From Lingula anatina (taxonomy: Eukaryota; Animalia; Brachiopoda), in NCBI GenBank assembly GCA_051362555.1, contig CM120640.1, forward strand, positions 21,328,001 to 21,392,000: a stretch of 64,000 nucleotides of DNA, read 5' to 3'. Below, in pieces: positions 28,934 to 42,175 of the stretch. The notes below the pieces were generated by a model, which was given only the letters and a program-made list of their open reading frames with translations, made no database searches and was not told where the DNA came from. The translations under genes were made by a program, and so were the position numbers. How positions within the stretch are numbered: the first letter of the stretch is position 1; each line of letters starts with the position of its first letter.

Positions 28934-30491
28934 TGAAGTTGTTTGTTAGGTAAAGAAATTTCGTCTTACATGTACCATATGCTGTATGAATGTGCTCTCA
29001 ACTACCACAATTTATCAGTTTAATGTCATCTCTGAGTGTATGTGTATACTGACCATCTCATTATCCTATGTAGATCTGCAAAGTGTCTGAACGGAGCGTT
29101 GACAATTTGTGTAAAAACTGTAAAAATGTAAGCTCACAGTAAAGATAAAAAGTAGTGACAATAAGTAAAGTCAGGCAAGAAACTAAAAACAAATTTCACT
29201 ATAGTCCGTGAAACTATAGATACTACAAATGCATACAGTATAATTAGCTATACAGGCACTTTTCCTTTTTTTTCAACTGTTATTGCGTGTGATGCCGTTT
29301 ACAATAAGCTTACATCTGGTAGATCAAGGGCCCTAACACATAAATGAGCATAAAATGATGATATTTCTTGAAATTTCTGTCTCTGTGTATATAATATTTT
29401 TCAGACACTTGGTCAACGACCCAAAAGTTTGCCATCCTCCCCTTAGTTCCAGACTGAGCATTAACCTGTTTTTACGACAATACAGTTATTGCAGGACCCA
29501 CAGAACAGTTTGTCTGGCGGTAATATAGACTGGTTTAATTCCGATGTAATATCAATGCTGCTGGCTGCACTGATACGTTAATACAAAAACCAACTTAAAG
29601 ATGCCCAGTGTGAGATTTCCCCCCGAAAAATCATAGTTAACGATTGTTTTCGGGTGTCATTAGAAAAGATATATTGGAAATGTTTTGCTGTGTTGAAAGG
29701 TAAATACGTTGCTTAAAACGACATTATTTTTGTCTATATTTTAAGGGGGATGCTATTTGTATTTATAGTGTTAGGTGTATCGAAGGGAATCTCTCCTCAC
29801 CCCACCAATATTCGGTGTCACAAAAACATCATAATTTGAAGAATACGTTAGAAGTCGTAGAAAGGTATATTGCAGAGGGCGCAAATTTTAAAACCATGTT
29901 GTTTTGGGCAATAAGGAGCCGACATTTTAACTTCAACTTCCGCATTTTGCCAGACAGTTCTGTTTTCTCGACAGCGAGGCAGTGTGTGTAAACAATGGAG
30001 ACACAAAAAAGTGCTTTTTTATAAAGTATGCAATGGTGAAAAACTCCCAAAGCCTTGATTTTATTTTCAAATCTTCAAAAATAATAAATATAAAAGATAT
30101 TGATGTGAAAACCATTTTGTTTGGCGTATGGATTATTATAAATTTATATTTTGTTAAAATGTTAGGCTTAAATATGCCAAAATCGTCTGCGTAATTCTAG
30201 TTCTCTTAACGAGACTGAGACCTTCTGTCTCTGTGCTTACCAGACAATTGAGTAATAGCGTCAAATTTAATTATCGCTGGACAGCACTGAAATGTGCACA
30301 GAAATAGAGAAATATCTGTGTGACATATTCTTATTATTTGGAATAGCTTTAATGGAGGTTGGTTTGTCTCGGAAAAGTCAACCTCTAAAAAGAGTTACAT
30401 TTATAGTTTTGCACTCTTCTCAAAAGCGTCCCAGTTCTTTTCGAATACGTTCCTTCAGCTTTTCTCAAAAGGTAAAGGGAAAGCCTGACAA

Positions 30492-32829
30492 TCAACATTT
30501 ACCTGCAAAATAAAAAGGCACTTCATTAAAAAGGATTCCGTAAGCGATTGACTGAAGGATTACTACTCTGTCATCATCCATTTGAAAATGTTCATCAGCT
30601 ATTTGCAAGAGATATTTGGAATTTATGAGTAAAGTCAGTAAAGTCAGTGTCATATCGGTAACATTTCGAAGTGTTTACGTTCACCTAGAATATCAAACAT
30701 CTTACCAGAATTAGTGGTGTAACTGTCTCTAACTTTGAACACTAAATCCTCCACATCACTTTCGGCGGCGACCACTCTGCTATAGAAATTACTGGCACTG
30801 CCCTTGTAGTACTTCATCAGGTCTATCTCTCCGCTGCTGGGGTAAGATGGCGCACTTGATTTTCTTCCTCCAAAGATGCTTGAGGTACCTTTAAATCAAA
30901 AGATTTAGTCAAAAAATGGCTTTTTAAAGGTACCTGTTATTCCAATCAATAAACAATTGATTTCTAAAGGGTGCCAACGTTTGTTTCCTATCTTTGTAAG
31001 TTTGGAGTACTTCCAAATAGTAGATTAATGCTAGAGAAATCTTCAATTAAAAGAAATATAAAATTTTAAAATAGTGTACATTTATGTGTTCGTTTAGAAG
31101 TTACGTGGTTATAGAGGCTTTACCATAGAACATGCATTGATGTGTGTGTGTGTGTGTGTGCGTTCGTGTGAGTGTGTGTGCGCGTGCTCCCTCATTAAAT
31201 ATGAAAGGTATATCCTTTTCTCCCTCTTTCCCCCCGTGACTCCTTAATAAAAGTCAATGGTGCTGCAGTTATTATTTATCTGGTTTACGTGTTCTTTATT
31301 CTCTTTGGCATACAGTCCTTATTGCCGTTTGTTTGCTGCAACTAAAGTGATCGGTCAACATATACGAGCCTGTAAACCTCCTCAATGCCCTGTACAAACA
31401 TGATTTGGATGTTCACCATTCGTCGGTCGTACAAAAATATGGGAGTTAGAAAGTTATAGTTAGGACAGGACGGTAGGCCCCGGGAAGAAACCAAAAATCT
31501 TGCAGAAAACGTCCGCACAATAACTGTAATGCTGATTTGAATCAAACCAATACCTTTATGTCCCCAACTGTATTTAATGCCGTGGGCATCTCTGAGAAAA
31601 GAATGGCCGATCTCATGAGCGCAGGTCTCTTTGAAGAGGGCAGCAGCATCACTTCTCTTGCTCAAATATTTCACCGTCATTTTCAAGATGTCAGAATTGT
31701 GTGAACGACTAGACGATTTTCGCCACTGAAGCTGAAATTGTAAGATAAAAATTTAAAAACCCGCGCAAAAGATGCGTTTTGACAAGTTAACTTTAAACGT
31801 GTTAAATCACACGTTTACAGGGCGAATGAGGGTTTTTTATTGCCAATTTATCTTTACACAGGTTGTACCTAGTCACATTTCTACTTCTTGCGCTTATGAA
31901 AAAATAAAGCCTTAATGTGCATGTTGATCCGGTTTAATGACTTTAAATTTCGAAAATTTTCGAAAATAAGTGTCCAAAACTTGCTGTAATGTCTTGACGA
32001 GTCCGCTAATCGTAATTTCAAGCCAAAATTTGGTATAGGAACTGTAAACAAGTATCCAAATATTGACGTTCTTAAACCTGAAAAGTCTGCTTATCGTAAT
32101 CTGTGCGCCAAATTCAGCTTTACGGTGCCTTTACAGTCTGAATATTAAAACCAGTGTTTGCCTCTTAGGAAAATAAGTTGCTGGACCGAAAGTCCAGCCA
32201 TCTTGAAAAGTAGCTGGACTGAATGTCTGCTGGGTGGGAAAACTTCTCAGCCCGTTCTGAAAGTTGTCAGCCCCGGGCAGACGGTCCAGCCTTAATTTCT
32301 AACACTGATTAAAACTAAAAACTGTACCTGGAATCGCTGGAAGATAATCATTGAATTCAATAGTATATCTGTTTTAGACATATTTTTATTAATAATGGTT
32401 TGATGCAAATCTTACTGAGAGGAAAAGGCACACCTTAATTTTCTTCCTGTCACCTCTGCTTCTTAAAACTGTGTTGACATTCACTTTCCAAGTACTTCCG
32501 GCATAGGAAATTCCTCTGGACCAGTATCTTTTAATCCCTTCTCTACAGTAACGGCACAACATGGAAAACTGGCTGTTGGAGGGGCGGTACAAAATCAGAG
32601 GTTTATCACAGTCGATATACACAGTGACGTCGAAACGATTGCACGCCGGACGCTTCACAACTTTAACCCAATCAAGTCTACCTGAAATTTAAAAAAGAAA
32701 AGTAGGCCTACTATTTATTTATTTATTTATTTTGCATCAAAATATAGCGTTTGTGGCATATTATCTGTAACTACGGGAGACGACAATAATGCGCGTCGCT
32801 TTGGACATAAAAATTCAGCAATGTGTCTA

Positions 32830-32865
<36 letters not shown>

Positions 32866-33314
32866 ATGGTACTTTGATTGACTAAAAAGGTGAACATACG
32901 CAACTAGGGAAAAGTATGACAGCTAGATAAAATCAGTTTTAATGGGTTACTTTGCTCTTTTTCATTGGTCCCTTATGTCGTAACATAGCTGAATTTGTGA
33001 AAAATAAGTGCTTAATGGTATCCTGAACCCGCACTGTACTGAAAGGTACTCTCCACGCGTTTGAAAATCCCCACAGTCACACGACATAGAACCCAAGTGC
33101 AGAGATGGGTTGACCAATAATTTCCAAAAAGGAGGAAATTGCCCTTTTCTTGAGGAGTAAATCATGTTCAGAGGGCGGGTAGATTCCGTGGAGAGGGCCT
33201 TTAGTTTTTACAATAAAAAAATGAGCATTACTTACCTAAAACGCCGCAGCATTCTAAAGTCATCACGAATGCAAGCGCAACACAAAGGTGCTTCATCGCG
33301 GTTGTCATACTCAT
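30492..33314 (-). CDS. Secreted HEXXH metallopeptidase-like protein, paralogue 3 (~232 aa)
   Basis: Exons 33314-33236 (MSMTTAMKHLCVALAFVMTLECCGVL; start may instead be 33308 or 33296), 32681-32434, 31731-31554 (ETCAHEIGHSFLRDAHGIKYSWGHKG), 30888-30706, 30502-30492 (GKC*). Confidence 0.87.
32152..32307. mobile_element. hAT-type MITE in intron 2 of paralogue 3
   Basis: CAGTGTT..AACACTG termini, perfect 8-bp TSD attaaaac at 32144-32151 and 32308-32315. Confidence 0.8.
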
Positions 33315-33349
33315 ACTCCACAACAGTTATTAAAGCGGACCTTCACAGT

Positions 33350-33390
33350 CTAATGAGTTTAAAAACCAAGAACGTTTCTGGTTTATATAC
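33350..33390 (-). promoter_or_regulatory. TATA box and initiator-like element of paralogue 3 (conserved upstream of paralogue 4 at ~37830-37868)
   Basis: Minus-strand TATATAAA at 33389-33382 and TCATT about 30 nt downstream; the block is conserved upstream of paralogue 4. Confidence 0.55.
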
Positions 33391-35362
33391 CAGGTATATC
33401 AGGTGCGCCTACTTCCTCATTAACATAACTAAGCACTTTTTTACGGTTAATGGACTCAGGACACGACGTGTCCTCTAGCGAGATGTCAGTGTTTATTACT
33501 TCCGCGAGAGAACCGATACCAATTTTATTTTCAATTTAAAGAGTGTGTTTACAAGATCTAATAAATCTCTTTAGGGTCCGTGAAGACGGCTTAGCTTGGA
33601 TAACAAGTCGGCTTTTCGATATAGGTTTTACAGCGTTGTAGGAATTGAATGAAAAAAAAACAAAAAAAAAACGCCACATGGACCTAGCTTCCTTCCCCCC
33701 TTTTTGCTACACGCATGCAGTACTCCCTACTTAGCTATATATATATAATAAAAATACGCAATGGGTGGCTTGTGTACCTTGTATTTAGACGTAAAACATA
33801 CTAGTAGGTCCGTTCTACTATAATCGTGCCAACGTACAAAAATTGGGCGACTTCAACGAGGTTTGATAAGACAGTAACTTGCCGATGACGTCTCAGCAAT
33901 GCAACCGGTAATGCATTGTAGTTATTCTTGAGTCATAAAAATAAGCAAACGTGTTATAATGCATGGACAACGCTGTTTTTCAGAAGGAATTTGAGCAAGA
34001 AACACTTTACATTAGAAATCATTTTGAAGAGAACCGATAAAACCCACAAATTAACATGTAGGAAAAACTTACAAAGTAGTAATCTACTATGTAACGACTT
34101 TGGAATACGCAAAATTGGTCCCTACCTGGAAATAAACTTGGGTTGGCCACTCTAAATATAGAAGGCGGAAATGATATTCTTTTTTTTTTTAAATTTGTCA
34201 ACCAAGTGGATCAACACAGTGGCAAGCCCCTAGAAGTGGTTTTAAAGTTTACATTTCTGCCTACTTTTACCGCAAGTATTTTATGACGAACTGATAAAGG
34301 GACGATAGCTCTATCGTAACCTTGGCACTGTATCCGGGATGCGTGTGTAGTGCCTCGAACACTTTCCATTGTGAATCTTTTTTTTTTCAAAAGTTTTAAA
34401 CTATGTTGTATGATGTAAAATGTCAACCACAAGCATATTTTAAAACACTCCCAAGAATTAAAGTTCGCTTGCAGCTGTTTGATCATTTTGCAGGGTATTC
34501 AGCTCCAAGAAGTTTTATAATTTTTATCAAATGTTCGTACACAAAAATGTCCTTGATAAGGTCACTTGTCATGGCAACCAGCCACCGTATGTAATTAACT
34601 TAGTCTTTAAATAATTATTGTCATTGGTATGGACAATTAACCCCCGGATAATTCCCATCACCAGGTAAAGGAGGGGTAAACAGATAGTCTCACCCATCTC
34701 ATTTTCGTTAAAATAGGCAATAGTTTTGTTTTTATTTCATTTTCTATCTCCTTTCTTAATTTCAGTAAAATATCTCAGAAATGTAGAAATCCCTCAATTA
34801 AATAATTCAAAAGCAGTGCATACCTTTCCTGGAAAGGGGGTTGTCTTAGGGGGGGTCGGAGGGGGGAGACTGGGGGGATTGTCCTGGCGCAATTGTCCTA
34901 GACTTAATTGTATGTATTTAGTAGTATTAAATAAATAAAATACAAATCATTGATATATCATTTCTCAAGATTTTTTTATTTAACAGCTGATCCACGTTCT
35001 TCATCCAAAGCGTTATGCACCACTACCGAGCTCTACGAATGAATGTGGTGATTCCATGACAAAATGCCATAATAATAATGACCAAGTTATGTGTCGTATC
35101 GAGAAAATGTGTATGAATAAGTACAACACCACAGTTCCTTGCAATCTGGTCCTCAGATGTCTTTATTTCTTGAGAAAATCTGGAGTATGGGAAATATCGT
35201 AGGGTGACAATGCGTTTAACGATCTAATTGTAATATTTCAAACACGCGTCAGGTACATGAGCTATGGGAATGGGGCCTTACAGCCTTCTCAAAAGTGTCT
35301 ACATTCCGTTCGGATACGTTTTTTTTCGGGTTTTCTCAAAAAGTAAAGGGAAAGCCTGGCAA

Positions 35363-36967
35363 TCAGCATCCGCCTGCAAAATAAAAAAGAACTTCACTAA
35401 AAAAGGTTTCTCAAAGCAATGTACTAAAAGAATCATTATTGATTTGTTGTATCCCATTTAAGATGATACATCACTTCTTTGCAAGAGGCATTTAGTCCTT
35501 GTGATTAATGGGTCAAAATGAGTAACTATACCTTTTCGAAAAGTGTGAACGTTCACGCAGAATATCAAACATCTTACCAGTATTGGTCTTGTAACTGTCT
35601 CTAACTTTGAACACTAAATCCTTCACATCACTTTCGGCGGCGACCACTCTGTTATAGAAATTACTGGTACCGCCCGTGTAGTACTTCATCAGGTCTATCT
35701 CTCCGCTGCTGGGGTAGGCTGGCGTAGATGATTTTAATCCTCCAAAAACGCTTGAGGTACCTAAATATATCAAAAGATTTCATTTAAGAAAGGGCTTTTT
35801 TCAATTAACAAGTGATTTATAATGGGTATTTAATAAAACGTTTGCTTCCTTGCTTGTTTAGAGTGCACATGTATCTCCAAACTTTTTTAAATTTAATATA
35901 AATGTGTAGAATTGAGTACATTTATTTATTCAGTTAGAAGGAATGGGAATAAGAGAAGAGAAGCCTTTTATATGAGAGGCACACAGTGCAGCAATGTCAT
36001 TGTGTGTGTGTGTGGGGGGGGGGTGCGTACGTATTCAATATGTAGGACACACCCTTCTCTCCTTTTCAGTTATAGTTATTATCAATCAAAGAATCGTGTT
36101 CATTATTCCAATTTGCATTTTAAATCGTCTTTAATGACGTTTATTAGCTGCAAGTAAAATCATCGGTCAGAATAGCAAGAGGCGTTTATAAGTCTGTAAA
36201 GGTTCAAAATACTATCCTTACTCTGTACAACTATAATTTCGATGTTCGTCATTCATCGGCAGAATTAAAAGATGGAGATGTAATGATTATAGTTAGGACA
36301 GGACGGGAATAAACTGATCATCCAGAAAATATTTCTGACGATGTCCACACAACATCTTAAGAAAATCAGCAAAAAAAAAAAAAAAAAAAAAATACCTTTA
36401 TGACCCCAACTGTATTTAATGCCGTGAGCATCTCTGAGAAAAGAATGGCCGATCTCATGAGCACAGGTCTCCTTGAAAAGGGCGGTAGCATCACCTCTCT
36501 TGCTCAGATATTTCACCGTCATCTTCAAGATGTCAGAATTGTGTGAGCGACTCGACGATTTTCGCCACTGAAGCTGAAATTGTAAGATAAAGTAAAAAAA
36601 ATGTGCAAAAGATGCGCATTGACAAGTGAAGATGCGGGGTTTCATTGTGGTAGACAGGTCGATTTATCTTAAGACAGGTTGTACCTATTCACATTTCTTG
36701 CCCTTATGACATAATATAGCATTAATGCTCATGTTAATCTGCAAACGTGCAAAAGATGTGCTTTGACAAGTTATCAATTAAATGTGTTAAATCACACGTT
36801 TATAGGGCAAAGGAGGGGATTTAAAAGCCGCCAATAGTCCGATTAATATTTGGAAACCTTTTACTTATTTACACTTATATTGCTTACGCTTACGACTTGT
36901 GTTGCGCTAATGCTCATGTTGATTTGACTTTTTGAGATGCTGTGAGCCCCTGGGAAATCGGCTTATC

Positions 36968-37017
<50 letters not shown>

Positions 37018-37793
37018 TGCCAAAATCAGCAGTACGATTCCTTTATTCAATCTGAATTTTAAAGCTATACCTGGAACTGCTGTAGGATTATTATTGAATC
37101 TAATAGTATGTTTCTGAACACATAACCATTTATTGGTTTGATGCAAATCTTGCTGAGACAAAAAACAACACAAACCTCAATTTTCTTCCTGTCCCCGCTA
37201 CTTCTCAAAATTGTTTTGCTGTTCACAATCCAAGTACTGCCGGCATAGGAAATTCCTCTGGACCAGTAATTCTCAATACCCTCTCTACAGTAGCGACACA
37301 ACAAGGAGAACTGGCTGCTGGAGGGGCGGTAAAAAAGCCAGGGTTTATCACAGTCGATATACACATAGACATCGAAGCGCCTGCAATGAGGGTGCTTCAC
37401 AACTCTAACCCAGTCCAGCCTACCTAAAATTCAAGAAATAGGTGCTATTAGATAAATGCATTTGCAGTTTTGTATCTTTGACGACCTTTGACGCATTTCG
37501 CTGTGGACATAAAAATTCAATGTGTCTTCATGAAAAGAGCACTTGGTTAAAATTGAAAGGCATAGTTTTGCACCAAGGGAAAAATATGGCAGCAAAATTT
37601 TTTCGTCCTTTTTGTCCTGACATAGGTGGACTCGTAAAAGAGAAAAAACTATTGGTATCCTAAATCCGCCTATACTTAAAATGATTACAAGTGAAAAAAG
37701 TGATTATAACCTACCTAAAACACCACAGCATTCTAAAGCCATCACGAATGCAAGCGCAACACAAAGGTGCTTCATCGCGGTTGTCATACTCAT
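35363..37793 (-). CDS. Secreted HEXXH metallopeptidase-like protein, paralogue 4 (~232 aa)
   Basis: Exons 37793-37715, 37423-37176, 36573-36396, 35760-35578, 35373-35363 (GGC*); frame and splice sites intact. Confidence 0.87.
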
Positions 37794-39207
37794 ACTCTAC
37801 AACAGTTATTAAAGCGGACCTTCAGTCTTATGAGTTTAAAAACCAAGAACGTTTTTGGTTTATATACTAGGTATATCAGGTGCGCCTAATTCCTTGTTGA
37901 CATAATTCGGCACTCTTTTTGGTTAATGGACTAAATACGCGACGTCACTGGTAGAAGTTAGACATTAATTGCATATAACCGCTACCGAGATGTCAGTGCT
38001 AATTAGTTCCGTGTAAGTAACAATATCATTTTTTTTGCAATTAAAGTGGACTGTTTTACAAGAGCCTATATCGCAATGTTGACTTGGGTAGCAAGTCAAC
38101 CTTACGATGTATAGGTCTGAGAGCGTTTTACAAACGATTAACCCAAACGATTGTAGCTGACAGATTTAAATTGACCATAATTAGTAAAAAAAAAAGGCAC
38201 AGGCATTTGATCCTTGCTTTCACTCATCCGCATGTGACATGCATTTAAAAAATAGCAAAAACAGTGTTACATGTACAATGTGTTACGCATGTTGTATATA
38301 GAAATACAACGTAAGAGTAGAAACTTGTTTTATTATCACTGCACCAACACACATATTTTTAACGATTTTCGGGGATTATAAAAAATGCAGATGACTTCTC
38401 AGCACTGCACCCCCAGTGGATCTAGTAATTTATTGGCCAATGTGAACGTGAGTGGTTGTCCTTAGCAAAAGTGCTAAGGTACTGCGGTGCTGTAATGCAG
38501 TGGTGTTTCTCAGAAGGAAGTATAGCAGGAAATTAATTGCATTAGAAGTCATTTTCAAAAGAAACCAAAACCCCCTCAAATAAACATGAAGGAAAAGTTA
38601 ACAAAATATTTATCAAGTAACGGTTGATATTCAACTTAAATAACATTTCTTTTTATTTATTCATAGTTAATCATTATTATATCATTACGTTGAATATTCA
38701 TTTTAAGTTAACCAGGTGTATAAATTGAGAGGTCAGACAACCAGCTGCATTTTCAAAGCTTACTATTCCACCAGCTACATAACTCTATTTGTGAGAATTG
38801 AATTGTTAGTTGCCTGAAATTCAGGTTAAACCCATTGTACAAGAGCTGAAAATGCCACCATGTTTAACTTTTGCAGTATTTAATCACATTTTCATTGGCT
38901 GAAATTTAAGAAGACGGAATGGATAGGTCGTTTGTTTTGCGAGATGATAGTCAATTTTAAACGTCACACTTGAATAAAGGGAAAATGCAGTGGGAGGTTT
39001 GAAGAATTTTATTCTTCAATGATCTGTTCATAGAACAGGTAATAATCTTGTTACAGGTAAATTCACAGACATCAGAGGGAAAAAAGACTAGAAATCTTTA
39101 ACCTCTGATACCTTGACGCTTTGTCTAATATAAACTATCAATATGTACACGTCTATTCACAACTTACCTGCATGGTTTCGAACTTCTTACGATAATATAC
39201 ATATTAA

Positions 39208-39425
39208 AGGGATAATAACTCTTCGTATGAGATCTATATTTTACAATAATAACATTGTGAACAATTCACAGATATATAATATATCCTGTTTTACCACAAA
39301 AACGGCAGTTATAGCTATTATTCTGATATCTGAGTTTGTCTTTAGACCACATGACCTCCATTGATGGCTATACTCTGTTATAATCTCTTGAGAGATTATA
39401 ACAAAAACAAACCTTTTAGAAAAAA
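39208..39425. mobile_element. Truncated copy of the Kolobok-like element at 12121-12456
   Basis: TTAA+AGGGATAATAACTCTT, followed by the reverse complement of ~12250-12456. Confidence 0.7.
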
Positions 39426-39439
39426 AAAACAGGGACTAA

Positions 39440-39690
39440 CTTTGAATGTAAAAAAGATAAAAAGAATCAGAATGAGGCAAGACTATATAGACGGTGGACT
39501 AAGAGTCCCCGACTTCAAGTCTTTTTCAAGAGCGCTTAAACTCGCATGGGTACAAAAATTAATTAACGAAAACAATGAGCGCAAATGGAAAGTGTTATGT
39601 ATGGAATACTTGAAAATACTGGGTGGGGATAAATTTTGGTTCCTCACAAGACATGGTCTATGTTTAAATAAGAATATATTCAATCTGCTA
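39440..39690 (+). mobile_element. L1/Tx1-like LINE fragment (post-RT region)
   Basis: GGLRVPDFKSFSRALKLAWVQKL resembles the GGLG.PD....AL...W...L motif of L1/Tx1 ORF2. Confidence 0.6.
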
Positions 39691-41129
39691 CCGGTAATTC
39701 ATTGGTCGAAGGGAACACGAGTGGTTATTCTTGAGTCATTAAAATAAGCAGACGTGCTGTAATGCAAGGACAACGCTGTTTCTTAGAAGGAATTTGAGCA
39801 ATAAACAATTTACATTAGAAATCATTTTCAAGGGAACCGAAAAAAAACCACAAATGAACACCTGGACAAAGCTTACAAAGTAATAATTTACTATGTAACG
39901 ACTTTGGAATACGCAAAATTGGTCCCTACCTGGTCATCAAAGTGGGTTGGCCACTCTAAATATAGAAGGCGGAAATGATATTCTTTTTTTTTTTCAAATT
40001 TGTCGTGGAGAGCCAAGTGGATCAACACGGTGGCAAGCCCCTAGAAGTAGTTTTAAAATTTACATTTCTGCCTACTTTTACGGGGATGTGAGCTTCTCTC
40101 ACATCTTATGGCCTTTTATTTTCATTTGTGCCAACTTTTTGCTCCTAAAGCTGTTGTTATTTCTCATAATTTTCTTAATTAATCTTGGTTACACTCATTT
40201 ACATACTTTATTATTTTTATATTATGGCACTTATATAGTTTGGAAGTCGTTATATTATCTCCCCAGTTTTGTAACTGCGCATCTTATTAGTTTTCGTAAT
40301 TAATAATTGACAATTTTCAGTTACATGGACTTATCTTACTTACTTTGGAGCAAAAACAGAGCTTCGTTGTGCTTGTGAACATTTGGCTACATTAAGCATT
40401 ATATGACGAACTAATATCGTAACCTTGACACTGTATCCGGGATGCGTGTGTAGTGCCTAGAACACTTTCCATCATGAATCATTATTTCAAAAGTTTTAAA
40501 CTATGTTTTATGATGTAAAATGTCAACCCAAAGCATATTTTAAAACACTCCCACGAATTTAAGTTCGTTTGCAGCCGTTTTATCATTTAGCAGAGTATTG
40601 AGCTTCAAAAGTTTTATAAGATGTTCGTACACAAAAATGTCCTTGATAAGGTCACTTGTCATAGCAACCGACCACCGTATGTAATTTACTTAGTCTTAAA
40701 GTAATTATTGTCATTTGTATGGACAATTAACCCCCTATCACCAGGTAAAGAAGGGATAAACAAATAATCTCACCGATTTCATTTTTGTTAAGATAGGCTA
40801 TAGTGTTGTTTTTTATTTCATTTTCTGTCGCATTTCTTAACTCCAGTAAAATATTTCAGAAAAGTAGAAATCCCTCAAATAAATAATTCAAAAGCAGTGT
40901 ACATCTTTCCTGGAATGAGGGTTGTCTTGATGGGGGGGGGGGGGGGGGTTTGTCGGAGGGGGTGTCTTGGGGATTGTCCTGGCGGAATTGAACGGTGTGG
41001 GGGGGGGGGGGGAGTGTCCTAGACTCAATTTTATATACTTAGTAGTATCAAATGAATAAAATACAAATCATTGGTATATTTTTTCTCAGTATATTTTTTA
41101 TTCAGCAGCTGATCCACGTTCTTCATCCA
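39690..41129 (+). repeat. Segmental-duplication flank homologous to ~33905-35007 (and partly ~27950-28490)
   Basis: Shared blocks such as ttcttgagtcat..ggacaacgctgttt, aatgtccttgataaggtcacttgtcat, cagctgatccacgttcttcatcca; homology to ~35190 onward resumes at ~47640, after the LINE/DIRS insertion. Confidence 0.85.
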
Positions 41130-42175
41130 CATTTCTTTACTGCCCAGTGATAATTTCTGCATAATCCTATCTTGTTGGGAGAATGCATCAAGTTAATATA
41201 AATGGTGTGCTTTCTGAACTCTCACAGCTTTTATTTGGTGTTCCTCAGATGAGCGTGCTTGGCCCGCTTAAGTTTTGTGTTTACACGTTACCCCTTGGAG
41301 CAACTCTGCGTTATCATAAGATAGATAACTACTTTTATGCCGATGATACCCAGTTGTACACATCTTGTAACATCCATGATCCAGCATTGTCTGTGAACAC
41401 AATTGTTGATTGCATATCAGACCTCAGAGGTTGGCTCATTTCAAACAAATTGAAGATAAATGATGGAAAAACAGAATTTTTAGTCATTACTCAACCCCAC
41501 AAGAAGGGCCTTGCTCATAACTTGCAACTTAAAATTGGAGCTAGTATGGCATTTTCCTCCCCCCATGTAAAAAAATTAGGAGTATACTTTGATTCTACAC
41601 TTTCAATGGACAAACAGATCTCCAACATCACAAGGTCTTGTTTATTCAACATTCGGAATATTGGCACCATAAGGAAACATCTGAATCAATCATCTGCTGC
41701 TACTGTTATACACTCATTGGTAACTTCCAGGCTAGACTATTGCAATTCTATATTATATGGGTGTCCAGATGATAAGATCAAAAGATTACAACGCATCCAG
41801 AACATCTCAGCACGGCTTTTAATGCTACAGCCTAGGGATTGCCATATCACTCCAATTCTACCATCAGCTGACTCCCATTCCAAGATTACATGAGATGCGC
41901 ACGCATATCTACCCAGAATGCAATTAGCGCTGCATAATGGTTACCCAGAGCAGCGAACGATTTTTGCTGATGCAAAATCGCGTTTTTTCTTATTAATTTC
42001 CTATCATATGGTCCTTTTCTGCGGCGAAGGACATTGCCTTACTGATGCGGTTAGCATTTGCAATTTATGCCGAAACTGTGTCTCTTAATTTTGAGGCTCT
42101 CGTGCGCGGGAAGTTAATCTCGTTCTTCGACTCCAAGTTCTGGCTGAGTCACGTGGAAGTAGTTTTTTCTTTGTC

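Noticed and set aside
36907-37173. Poly-K/poly-F ORFs (also 24492-24752, poly-N/poly-I at 47468-47854, poly-CV at 14447-14644)
   Set aside because: Translations of homopolymer and microsatellite runs
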